A stretch of DNA of 64,000 nucleotides from an uncultured delta proteobacterium (GTDB lineage Bacteria; Myxococcota_A; Polyangia; Fen-1088). Numbering within the stretch: the first letter of the stretch is position 1; every line of letters starts with the position of its first letter. Shown here piece by piece: positions 9,144-18,363 of this stretch. A program made the translations under genes and the position numbers. The stretch is from assembly GCA_963796685.1 (NCBI GenBank), contig CAWCMR010000025.1, positions 1 to 64,000 of the forward strand. Direction: 5' to 3'. Under the pieces are notes generated by a model. The model ran no database searches, was not told where the DNA came from, and saw nothing but the letters and a program-made list of their open reading frames with translations.

Positions 9144-10965
9144 TTAGATAAAGCTCTTTAGCCCCAGACTGCGAGACGGGTGGCGTAGCTTGAGCAAGGC
9201 CTTGGCTTCTATCTGGCGGATGCGCTCGCGAGTGACATCGAAGTCCTGGCCCACCTCTTCCAGGGTGTGTTCCGACTTCTCACCGATACCGAAGCGCATG
9301 CGCAGCACTTTCTCCTCGCGCGCTGTGAGAGCGGCCAGCACCTTGTGCGTCTGAGCCGCAAGGTTCATCGAGATCACAGCATCATCCGCGGAGATTATGC
9401 TCTTGTCCTCGATGAAGTCGCCAAGGCGTGCATTCTCGTCAACGCCCATAGGAGTCTCCAGCGATATGGGCTGCTTGGCGACATTGAGCACACTGCGAAC
9501 CTTCTCAAGCGACAGTTCCATTTTCTCGGCAATCTCTTCTGGCGTAGCCTCGCGTCCCAGCTTCTGGACTAGGTGGCGACGAGTCCAGGTGAGCTTGTTG
9601 GTCACCTCGACCATATGCACCGGGATTCGGATCGTTCGGCCCTGGTCCGCGATTGCGCGGGTGATTGCCTGCCGAATCCACCACGTCGCGTAGGTCGCGA
9701 ACTTGTAGCCACGCTTGTAATCGAACTTGTCTACCGCCTTCATCAGACCAATGTTGCCCTCCTGGATCATGTCCAAGAACTGCAGGTCGCGGTTGGAATA
9801 CCTCTTCGCGATGGAGACCACGAGTCGCAAGTTTGCCTCGACCATCTCGGCTTTGGCCCGCTGCGATTCGCGCTCACCGTTCTGGATTTCCCTCACCGAC
9901 TCGCGCAGATTCTGTTTGGTCATGGTGGCCTCGACCTCCACCTTCTTGACCTTCTTTCTTGCCTTGGCAATCACGTCGGCCAGTTCCATGATCTCGTCCG
10001 GGCATAGGCCAATCTTCTTGGCCAGAACACGCTGGCGCAGCGGGGAGGAACGAACCTCGCGCAGGCACTTGCTGAAGGCATGAAGGGACATGCGGGCGCG
10101 TTGCTCGCAGTCAGCTAGCTCGCGCTCTGCAGCGTCGATGCGTGACACAAGTCCCTTCATGATGAAGACGATGCCATCGATCTGCTTTTTGTTTAGACGC
10201 ATGCCCAGCAGGGCGTCGATGATCTTCTGCTTGGTTGTTGCGACCTGATTCTTGATCTTCTTGCGTGCGGTCTCGTTGGCAGCCCTCTTCTCCCCGACGG
10301 TCTGCATCTTCTTGTGCAATTCGCGCACGTTCTCGATGGCCTCGCAGACCCGTTCGACGTGCCAGTTCTCGCCGAATTCGGCATCATCCTCGTCCACGTC
10401 CCTGACCACTTCCTGGACCGGAATCCTCTGTTCTCGCAGCCTTTCACCCAAATCCAGGATCTCCCTGATGGCCACGGTGGAATTGAGCACCACTTGCAAC
10501 ACACGACGCTCACCATCTTCGAGGCGTTTGGCGAGTTCAATTTCGCCTTCGCGGGTGAGGAGCGAAAAGGAGCCCATCTTGCGCATGTAGATGCACGTCG
10601 GGTCATTGGCTCTTGAGAGGGTGCCCTCCTCGTCCTCAACTTCGCGTACCTGCGTGGCATCAGGGGTGGTCTCTTCCCCCTGAGGCTGTTTCGTTCGAGG
10701 GCGATCTGTCAGGCACCTTTGCTTGGGACGTAGAGTCAACAGGCACGAGGTCCTCGTCACCCAGGGGTGCCGGTCCCTCGTTGATCTCTCCGAGCAAGCC
10801 GATGCTCTGGTGACTGTGACGGTTGACCTCGTCGATGATGACGAGATTGCGCGTATCGTATTCTCTCTCTGCGCCCGATACCGACCGCTTGGCCACGATC
10901 TTGGTTTCGACATCTTCGTGGTCCTGGCTGTCGTCACTCAGTTGCCAGTAGCCATCTTCAATCAT
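9144..10965 (-). CDS. RpoD-like group 1 sigma70 paralog with a frameshift near 10680
   Basis: Region 1.2 [25 protein letters not shown]; region 2 [44 protein letters not shown]; region 4 [25 protein letters not shown] degenerate region 1.1 lies in the overlapping ORF 10660-10965. Confidence 0.88.
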
Positions 10966-11231
10966 GGGGCCAAAACCTCTCCGGTGGGAGCTAGAAACCC
11001 ACTTTGGTCCAGATCAGTGTCACGATTCTCGGTGAAAGGGCGCGTGTTCTCCGCCATGCCATACTTGATTGCACGTTTCACGCCCTCCTCGTCTACCGAA
11101 CGCATCCGGACTGGATGATACCTTGAATCTGGGCTTACATGCAGTTTGACCGACTGCTCGGGTCCCAGTGTCTTTTCCGCCGCCGCCATATTTCCGGTGC
11201 TTAGGTCTGCGGGTACGCTGGTCATAGCAGT

Positions 11232-11822
11232 ATGGGTGCGATTTCTTCGCGCGTCGAGGCTCTGGGACTCGGAGGAACGGTTCGCTACCTTGTCTTCTTC
11301 GTCATCGCGCTGAAGACGCGCGCCGTGGAGATCGCGGGGATACGCGTTGACCCCGACGGGGAATGGATGAAGCAGATGGCGCGCAACCTGACCGACCCGG
11401 TGGACGGCTTTCTCCGAAGCGCGAAGTACCTGATCCACGACCGAGACCCGCTGTTCACGGCAGCGTTCGAGGCCATCCTGAAGGAGCGAGGGGTAAAGTG
11501 CGCGAAGATTCTAGCGCAGAGCCCCAACTGCAACCCCCATGCGGAACGGTTTGTCAGAGCCATCGAATCCGAGTGTCTGAACCAGTTCATCTTCTTCGGG
11601 GAACGGCACCTGCGCTACGTGGTCAAGGAATTCATTGCGCACTATTATACCGAACGCTTTCATCAGGGGCTCGGTGGCCAGTTGATCCAGCGGTCGGACG
11701 GCCCGGCGAACGAGAATGGGGCGCATGGCAAGATCGTTTGCCGGTCGCGCCTCGGTGGAATGCTGAACTTCTATGTCCGCGAGGCCGCCTGAGCCTTGGC
11801 GACGAATTCCCGGACACTACGG
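11232..11822 (+). mobile_element. 3' remnant of an IS-A-type element
   Basis: Translation is highly similar to the C-terminal half of the 5549-6643 transposase and is followed by an IR-like CGACGAATTCCCGGACACTACGG. Confidence 0.85.
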
Positions 11823-11864
11823 CACACGACCATGCCACCCGTCCGTTTGTCGGTCGAGAAACAC

Positions 11865-12290
11865 CTACTGAGCTGTGGGCGTGAATGGGTCGAGCACGTC
11901 GACGCCAGTGCGGACAACATCCTTCACATTGCGCGTGACCAGGGTCAGGTCGTGTACCCGTGCCGTCGCAGCCAGCAACCCGTCTACAACTGGCAAGCTC
12001 CCCCGAGCGTCCAGCCTGCCCCACTCGTCCGCGGTCGCGGCATCAACCGGCAGGACGCGCTCAGAATGAGCCTGCAGCACGTTGTCGAGCCAGCGTTCCA
12101 GCGCCGAGGCAGCGCGCGGGTCACGCTTCCGGATTGACTCGATCCCGCGGCGAATCTCACCCGTGACCAAGACGCTCAGAAAGATTGAATTCTCATCGAT
12201 TCCCTCGAACCAGCGCCGAACATTGACATCAGCGCGCGCACCTTTGCGTAGTTCCGAGAGGACGTTTGTATCGATCAGAAAGCCCTTCAC
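11865..12290 (-). CDS. vapC: VapC/FitB PIN-domain toxin
   Basis: FLIDTNVLSE, SVLVTGEI, DGLLAATA, LVTRNVKD PIN motifs. Confidence 0.92.
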   Translation of the reverse strand: MKGFLIDTNVLSELRKGARADVNVRRWFEGIDENSIFLSVLVTGEIRRGIESIRKRDPRAASALERWLDNVLQAHSERVLPVDAATADEWGRLDARGSLPVVDGLLAATARVHDLTLVTRNVKDVVRTGVDVLDPFTPTAQ

Positions 12291-12517
12291 AACGCAACTC
12301 GCCGGCCCAAGCGTCGCGCTCGTCCGAAGTCGGAGTCGCGGCCCACATCTGGAATTCCACCTAGCATCGCTTTCAACGAGGGGGCCCTCGACGAGAGCAG
12401 CGCCTGCTTGAGAATCTCCCGATGCTCTGCTTCGGCTGAATGTCCGCGGCTTGCCGCCCGCTGTTTGAGGCGGGCAACCACCTGCTGGGGAATATCTCTC
12501 ACGATGAGCTGTGCCAT
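12287..12517 (-). CDS. FitA-like ribbon-helix-helix antitoxin
   Basis: MAQLIVRDIP..LKQRAASRGHSAEAEHREIL; overlaps the toxin start by 4 bp. Confidence 0.88.
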   Translation of the reverse strand: MAQLIVRDIPQQVVARLKQRAASRGHSAEAEHREILKQALLSSRAPSLKAMLGGIPDVGRDSDFGRARRLGRRVAL

Positions 12518-12707
12518 GTTGCTATCAATGATAGCACAGATGCGCTTCAGAACTCTTCCAACTGCTTGTCGCTTCCACTGGAGGCGCGACGGCACGAGGT
12601 AATCACGTCCAGCATGAGGTAGGAATGAGGTAATCTGGCAGTCCTTTTCAGGTCCTTTCGCGCCTTCCAAGTCCGCCAAACTATTGAAATCACAAGGCCG
12701 ATGCTCT

Positions 12708-12906
12708 CCTTGCCAAGGTGAACGTCGAGGGTTCAAGTCCCTTCGCCCGCTCCGAAAAGCAGAACAAGAACGGCCAGTTAGCGGTGCAACGCTAGCTGGC
12801 CTTCTTCTTTTCTGCGTCATGCACACCACCTTGCACATCACCATGCGATGTGTCGGCCATCCCCGCCTTCATCTTGACCAAGGAGATCACCTTGCCGAGG
12901 CTTTCC
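12708..12906 (+). repeat. 199-bp imperfect direct repeat of 3963-4161 (attR plus left arm of a second element)
   Basis: Colinear at offset 8745; covers the tRNA 3' half, the spacer and the integrase 3' end, with scattered substitutions. Confidence 0.95.
12792..12906 (-). pseudogene. C-terminal remnant of a second, related integrase
   Basis: [37 protein letters not shown] versus [37 protein letters not shown] in the intact int. Confidence 0.9.
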
Positions 12907-13089
12907 TTGCAGTGAACGCGGACCTTCCGCACTTTCATGTACGCAACAGCAGCAGTGCTGGAATCATGGAGGAATCCGTACGATGGGAAGGCTGGCTTGC
13001 CGACCAAGGCAGCGGTCGCAGGACATCGCTCGGTTCGACGCAAGACGTGCCGCGCGCGCCTTGTCCCGGACCGCTGCCAGCTCCGCGGG

Positions 13090-13330
13090 CAGGTTGGCGC
13101 TTGCCAGCGCGGAGCCCCAATCTGAACGCCTACGCCGAGAGATTTGTGCTTTCGATAAAGAGCGAGTGTCTGGAGCGCTTGGTGCTGCTGGGCGAGTGGC
13201 ACCTGCGGCGGGCGATCTCGGAGTATATGAGGCACTACCATTGCGAACGGAACCATCAAGGGCTGGAGAACGCCCTGATAGCTGGCAATCCCGAGGACGC
13301 AGCTGGTGCCGGCGCAGTCGTTCGACGGAA
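13090..13330 (+). pseudogene. Internal fragment of an IS-C-type rve transposase
   Basis: [31 protein letters not shown]; its 3' part matches 19900-19955. Boundaries approximate. Confidence 0.8.
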
Positions 13331-13471
13331 GAAAACCGGCCACCCGGTCGGTCAGGTTGCGAGCAATTTGCTTCGTGACGGCTGCTTGCGTCAGCTCGAA
13401 AACGCATGGTCCCCTGAAATGATCGCGGTCTTGCCGTCACTAGCCCCGGCACCAACACACAAGAGGTTCCC

Positions 13472-14467
13472 ATGTCGACAAGAACGACCGCCATGCACAC
13501 GATACTGATCGCCACTCGATGCTTTGCCCTCGCCGTTTTCGGCGTCACCTATTTCCTGGCAGGTTGTGAAGCGGACAACGCGGCCCTCCACACAAAGGCC
13601 GATGCCGGCAAGTCGGGCGGACAGGACGCTAGCGGGAAGGACGTCCCGACCAGCGATACCTCCGGCGGCACGGGCGGCAGCAACGGCACCGGCGGCAGCA
13701 ACGGCACCGGCGGCAGCGGAGCTGGCGGCAAGAGCGGCACCGGCGGCAGCAGCGGACGCGGTGGCAGCAGCGGATCTGGGGGCAAGAACGGAACCGGTGG
13801 CCGAAGCGGCACCGGAGGCAACACCTCGGTCCCCGTCAACACTTGCACCGAGGCTGGCGGCACGTGCGTTGGCGTCCTTCCCGGAAGCTGTGCCTCCGGC
13901 ACCATGGACTCGTCGTTGTACTGTGGCCCGGGCGTTGGCTCCGCGTGCTGCATGCCCAGTGGGGGCGGCGGACGTGGCGGCAACAGCGGAGCCGCGGGCC
14001 AAGGTGGCTACTCAGCAGGTGGCGCCAACGGCCAGGGCGGGACGGGCGGGCGAGGAACAGAACCGCAAGCGGCTGCCTGTGAAAAGGCCGGAGGGATCTG
14101 CATGGAACAGGGCACGTGCGTGAGCCAAGGCGGCACGGTGGCTGCCGAGAGCCCGGGCGGCTGCCAATTCAGCGACGGGCCCGCGGAGTGCTGCATTACC
14201 CCCGCGCCGAAGTCGAACCCTACTACCTGCGCCGAGGCCGGCGGAACCTGTGCTTCAATCTCCGGATGTCTGATGGCAGGCGGCTACTTCACGGCGACCA
14301 ACTATGACTGCTCTTTCCCGGTCAGCTGTTGCGTCCCCAATGCGACTTGCGGTACGGCGACCATCGAGTGCTGCGGGGACGGCGTCCTCTACAATGCTGC
14401 TTGCCAGGGAGGACAGTTCGTCTGTGTGGCCGGATCGCCCGTGCCCCGGGGTACCTGCAAGATCTGA
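13472..14467 (+). CDS. Gly-linker, Cys-rich lipoprotein with three C-x6-C..C..C..CC modules
   Basis: AAGAGG RBS, lipobox LAGC, GGSNGT repeats, three CxxAGGxC...CC units. Confidence 0.8.
   Translation: MSTRTTAMHTILIATRCFALAVFGVTYFLAGCEADNAALHTKADAGKSGGQDASGKDVPTSDTSGGTGGSNGTGGSNGTGGSGAGGKSGTGGSSGRGGSSGSGGKNGTGGRSGTGGNTSVPVNTCTEAGGTCVGVLPGSCASGTMDSSLYCGPGVGSACCMPSGGGGRGGNSGAAGQGGYSAGGANGQGGTGGRGTEPQAAACEKAGGICMEQGTCVSQGGTVAAESPGGCQFSDGPAECCITPAPKSNPTTCAEAGGTCASISGCLMAGGYFTATNYDCSFPVSCCVPNATCGTATIECCGDGVLYNAACQGGQFVCVAGSPVPRGTCKI
13673..13717 (+). repeat. 18-bp coding tandem repeat GGCGGCAGCAACGGCACC (2.5 copies, degenerate copies follow)
   Basis: Directly visible; encodes the GGSNGT linker. 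Confidence 0.8.
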
Positions 14468-14932
14468 CGCGACCGCGGCAGAATCGATCAAGAGCGCAGC
14501 ACCCGCGGCGTGTTGCAAATGCACGAAGAAAGGCCAGCTATGTTCTGATTCGCAGCTGCGCAGGCGCTTCGAGCCGAGACCCAGATATCCGCCCCATGGC
14601 GCCTGTGCGGCGCCATGGGCGCCGGCCCGAGCCAAGATTGGAGATCGACTACAGCTGGCGTCCACCCCGTTCCGAGGCGCGCGGCACTTGGCGCAGGTCG
14701 AGATCCGGCGGGCAAACTGAGCGATGTGGCAGCAGCGCATTCGCCGGCAGGGGCGACGTCTGCCTGGCGTCCGAAAGGAGCATCGAGTGGCGCGCTTCAG
14801 GCATTTCCGAAACCTCGCATCCAAGGCCAAAGGCGCTCTCGGCGAGCCGATCTGACCTCATACTTCGTGCTCAAATGTCGCTGTTTTCCGTTGGCGAATG
14901 TCGATGGACCACTACACCTGACGGGACCGTCC

Positions 14933-15718
14933 TCATTGAGCGATACAGTTCTGCTGCATGGTCAGCCAGATCTGGTCCGCAATCACCGCTGCGCCAGCCG
15001 CGGAGGACTGAATGCCGCTGCTGTCGGTGTACTCGGGATGGCCGGCCCACCATTCTTGCAGATCGAGGAAGTGGCATGGCACCAAGCTTTCGGCGCAGGC
15101 TTGCTGGAGTGGCGATCGCAGTGCCGCGACCCCAGTGATAGTGTCGGGGCAAAGGTAGTAGATGATGTGCCCGACGGTCCCGTCGGCGGCAACCTTGGTC
15201 AGGAATTGTCGGAAGGTGGCGACGACGCTGGTGACGGATGCGCTGGAACCGCCCGACTGGATGGTATCAAACGTGCCTCCGTCCATGACCAGGACCTTGA
15301 CTTTGGTTTGGGTCGATTCTTGGGCGTCGTACTGCGCGGCAATCGCGGCCATGCCGGCGAAGGGGGCTGCTGCAATCGTGTAATCGTCGGTCGGCCCGAT
15401 GGCGCCGGCCGCTCGAGCGAGATCCCTGACCTGCGTATGCTGCGTGCCCGGAAGGGTTACCCACGTATCGCCAATCCACGCGACCTCGCTGGCCTTGATC
15501 TGGCCGTGCAGACAGTTGTCCGCATCGATGGAACCGCCGGTGCTGTCCGGTGCCGGCGTGTCCGCTGCCGGCACGTCCGCTGCGTCGCCCGCGACGACGC
15601 CACCGTCATTCGCGGCTCGTCCGTCGCCAAGTCGGTACACGTTGCCTTCACAGCCGGCGAGCACGAGAGCTCCAGACAGAAAAGCGATCGTACGCGCGAC
15701 AATTGACAACCGGACCAT
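14933..15718 (-). CDS. SGNH/GDSL-like lipoprotein with degenerate catalytic motifs
   Basis: Lipobox LAGC; block I WIGDTW, block III MDGGTFD, block V DSSGIQS. Confidence 0.65.
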   Translation of the reverse strand: MVRLSIVARTIAFLSGALVLAGCEGNVYRLGDGRAANDGGVVAGDAADVPAADTPAPDSTGGSIDADNCLHGQIKASEVAWIGDTWVTLPGTQHTQVRDLARAAGAIGPTDDYTIAAAPFAGMAAIAAQYDAQESTQTKVKVLVMDGGTFDTIQSGGSSASVTSVVATFRQFLTKVAADGTVGHIIYYLCPDTITGVAALRSPLQQACAESLVPCHFLDLQEWWAGHPEYTDSSGIQSSAAGAAVIADQIWLTMQQNCIAQ

Positions 15719-15741
15719 TCCGCAATGTTACCATCCTCGCG

Positions 15742-16845
15742 ATGACAGGGGGCATTGTCGTGCTAGCTACCTATCTCGCGGCGGCCGGAGTCGGCCTTCC
15801 CACCGCCACGACGCAGGCGCCGATTGCGCGGGCGCGCCTCGAGCTGCGCGCGCCCGCCACCTGTACGAGCTCGGCCGATCTGCTCGCCCGCGTCGCCGCC
15901 CGATCGCCGCGCATCGCGTTTGTCGGGGATTCTGCCGCGGTCGGTGTTCGAGCCACGTTCACCGTGGCGCACGGGGTGAGCGCCGAGTTGGTCCTGGTCG
16001 AGGCCGGCGTAGCTCACACACAGCGGCGGCTCGTTGCACGTACCTGCGCCGAAGCTGCCGATGCGGTGGCGCTCATGATCGCCGTGGCGCTCGATCCAGT
16101 GTGGATGAGGGAGCATCGCACGGCGGCTACCGGCGCGTCCGACACCGACGGGTCCTCGGCCCGCCCTTTCGTAGCCTCGACCGCGCCGCAAGAGACGTCG
16201 ACGTCGAGGAGCAGGCTGGCCGAGAAGACGAGCGCCAAGGAGCCGGGGCGGCCCTCTTCTCGGCCCCAGCTCTCGCTCCCCGTTCCAACCGCGGCGGACT
16301 CGATAGCCACGTCACCACCTCGCGCGCAGCCGAGCGCCAGCGTGTACCTGGCTGGCCAGACCCTCTGGGGACCGGCGCCAGCAGTGATGTCGGGAGTTGC
16401 CGCGTACGCCACAGCCGCCTCGGACCGAGACGCCCTCTGGTCTCCGGCCGTCGCGCTTGGGGTGCTCCACGCCTGGAGAAGCAACCTGCCGGAACCGGGC
16501 GGAAGCGCCTCCTTTTCGCTCGACGCCGTCACCGTCGACGCGTGCGCGCTTCGCCTACGGCTCTCCATCGTGGCCGTGCGGGCCTGCGCGGCAGCGCTAC
16601 TCGGCCGTGTGTCGGCCCGCGGCTCGAACACCGATGCCCCCGCGGCGGTCTCGAACCTTCTCGCTGCCGCCGGCGCGGCCGGTGTCCTCGGCGTGGACCT
16701 GGGCTCGAAGGTCGAGCTTCTTGCGCGCATCGGAACCGGGCTCACCCTTCGGCGCGACTCCTATGAGTTCGCGACGGTCGTCTTCCACAGGACTTCGCGC
16801 TTCACGACCTCGGCCAGCGTCGGGGTTGGCCTACACCTGTGGTAG
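15742..16845 (+). CDS. Hypothetical exported protein, convergent with the ECF/anti-sigma pair
   Basis: Long ORF with C-rich R-x-L-x-A-x-T-C-x-E-A-A-D-A-V-A-L motif, a Pro/Ser linker and beta-strand-like C-terminus ending in W; start uncertain. Confidence 0.6.
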   Translation: MTGGIVVLATYLAAAGVGLPTATTQAPIARARLELRAPATCTSSADLLARVAARSPRIAFVGDSAAVGVRATFTVAHGVSAELVLVEAGVAHTQRRLVARTCAEAADAVALMIAVALDPVWMREHRTAATGASDTDGSSARPFVASTAPQETSTSRSRLAEKTSAKEPGRPSSRPQLSLPVPTAADSIATSPPRAQPSASVYLAGQTLWGPAPAVMSGVAAYATAASDRDALWSPAVALGVLHAWRSNLPEPGGSASFSLDAVTVDACALRLRLSIVAVRACAAALLGRVSARGSNTDAPAAVSNLLAAAGAAGVLGVDLGSKVELLARIGTGLTLRRDSYEFATVVFHRTSRFTTSASVGVGLHLW

Positions 16846-16868
16846 CCGCTGTCGAGGCGTGGCGACAG

Positions 16869-17648
16869 TCAGGGTGACGTCGCACCGGCAACGCGTCTTA
16901 CGCGATCCGTGAGCGGTCCGTCGCCGTACTCCGCCACGAAGCGGTTGGCCAGCGCATGGGCCTCGGCGCTCCGGCCCAGTCTCGCCAGGGCCTCGATCCT
17001 GAGCGCGGCTGCCTCTGGACGAAAGACGCCGCCGGGGTACTTGTCCTGGTAAAGGCGCAGAAGGCCCAACGCCTTGTCGGCGGCACCCGACGCCACGGCG
17101 TCGCGGGCTGCATCGACAAGGGCGGTCTGCTCCCGCACATCCGTGGGCACAGAGGCTAAGCGCAGCCGGCGGCCGGCAGGTACGACCGCCGATTCCGGTC
17201 GCGGTGGGGCCACGGCGGAAGGAGCCGGCTCAGCAGCAAGAGAGGGTGCCGGCACGGCAGGGGCAGACTCTGCGGCGGATTCGAGCGCGGAGGCCTTCAC
17301 TGCCGGAGCAGGCTGCGGTGAGGGGCTTGTCTTCCACGCGCGAGCACCAACGATCGCACCAGCCAGGGCCAAGCCCAACACCCCGACGGCCATCCACGGC
17401 AGAACAGGGGTCGCGCCGGCGCCAGCCGCCACCTTCGCCGATGCCGCTGCAACTGTCTTCGTGGCCGCGGCAGCCGTCTTGGCCAGAGCCGCCGATGAAG
17501 CCACAGCCGCCGCCGAGACCCCGAGCGCTCGCGCCATGCGGTCACGCAGCTCCGGGGAGGGCTCCTCGTGCGCCGATTCTTCGAGCACGCGTCGCTCCAG
17601 CGCGCTGCTCGCGACCAGGCGTAGCCGCTTGGGGTCCCTCGGTCTCAT
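16869..17648 (-). CDS. Putative anti-sigma factor (single TM, Pro/Ala linker, TPR-like C-terminus)
   Basis: Coupled to the ECF stop by ATGA overlap; TM WMAVGVLGLALAGAIVGA; YQDKYPGGVFRPEA TPR-like motif. Confidence 0.7.
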   Translation of the reverse strand: MRPRDPKRLRLVASSALERRVLEESAHEEPSPELRDRMARALGVSAAAVASSAALAKTAAAATKTVAAASAKVAAGAGATPVLPWMAVGVLGLALAGAIVGARAWKTSPSPQPAPAVKASALESAAESAPAVPAPSLAAEPAPSAVAPPRPESAVVPAGRRLRLASVPTDVREQTALVDAARDAVASGAADKALGLLRLYQDKYPGGVFRPEAAALRIEALARLGRSAEAHALANRFVAEYGDGPLTDRVRRVAGATSP

Positions 17649-18209
17649 GGCTGTTCCTCACGATGCATGGTTCGTTCGAGGCGTGCAAACACGTTGCGAA
17701 ATTCCTCGCGCGCGCGGCGCAGCCGCGATGCCACCGTACCGAGCGGTATCTCCAACAGCGAGGCGATCTCCGGGGACGACAGCTCCTCGAAGCTCGAACA
17801 GCACGAAGACTTCGGCCAAATCCGGGTCCACTTTGGCCAACGCCAGATCGCAGAGCTGAATATCGGCGCGCCGCTGGTCGGTGGCGCGCTCCTCGAGGCC
17901 TCGTTGGTCCATGTCATCCTCCAGCTGCCACCTCATGGCTTTCCGCCCCAGCTTGCGCGCCACTTGCAATGCATTGCGTATCAAGAACGCGCGTTCGTCG
18001 TCCGGCTGAATCTCGTGCAAGCGCTCTACGGCGATGGTGAAAGCCTCCTGTGTCGCGTCGGCCGCCGCGTCTCCGCTCAAGCCGCGCCGGCGCAGGATGC
18101 GCCAAACGGTGGCATGGTAGGTCGCGAACATCCGCTCGAGCCGGGCGTGGTCCGCTGCAGGACGCGCAATCGGAGCTTCGGGCATTGCAATCATTGCACT
18201 TTCAAACAT
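17645..18209 (-). CDS. ECF sigma factor with a frameshift near 17790
   Basis: Region 2 (VWRILRRRG..DATQEAF) in ORF 17658-18209; region 4 (EELSSPEIASLLEIPLGTVASRLRRAR) in ORF 17645-17917. Confidence 0.82.
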
Positions 18210-18363
18210 CGGTCACTTCCCAGGATGACCTAACCCTCTAAGGCGGGAGAAGGGGCAAATCGATCACGAAAAGCGCGAAGCCCTTGGATGGCGGCGCATT
18301 TCGTGATCGATTCGTGCGACTCGCTGCCCGTTGTCCTTCGTGACCACCACAAGAGGATTTTCG

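Larger units (their letters stand above)
3963..12753. mobile_element. Integrative element (about 8.7 kb) inserted in tRNA-Gly
   Basis: Tyrosine integrase abuts the tRNA; the tRNA 3' half (from CCTTGCCAA) is repeated directly at 12708-12753. Confidence 0.85.

Noticed and set aside
11140-11230. Possible c-di-GMP-I riboswitch or sigma54 promoter upstream of the rpoD paralog
   Set aside because: Only a partial GACCTAAG resemblance with no GCAAA/GNRA P2 element; the sigma54-like site lacks the invariant GG.
12708-12753. Second tRNA-Gly gene
   Set aside because: It lacks the 5' acceptor strand and D arm, so it is an att duplicate.
14593-14619. 11-bp-stem hairpin CCCATGGCGCC-TGTGC-GGCGCCATGGG as terminator or REP
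   Set aside because: Single copy, no U-tract, and such stems arise easily at this GC content.
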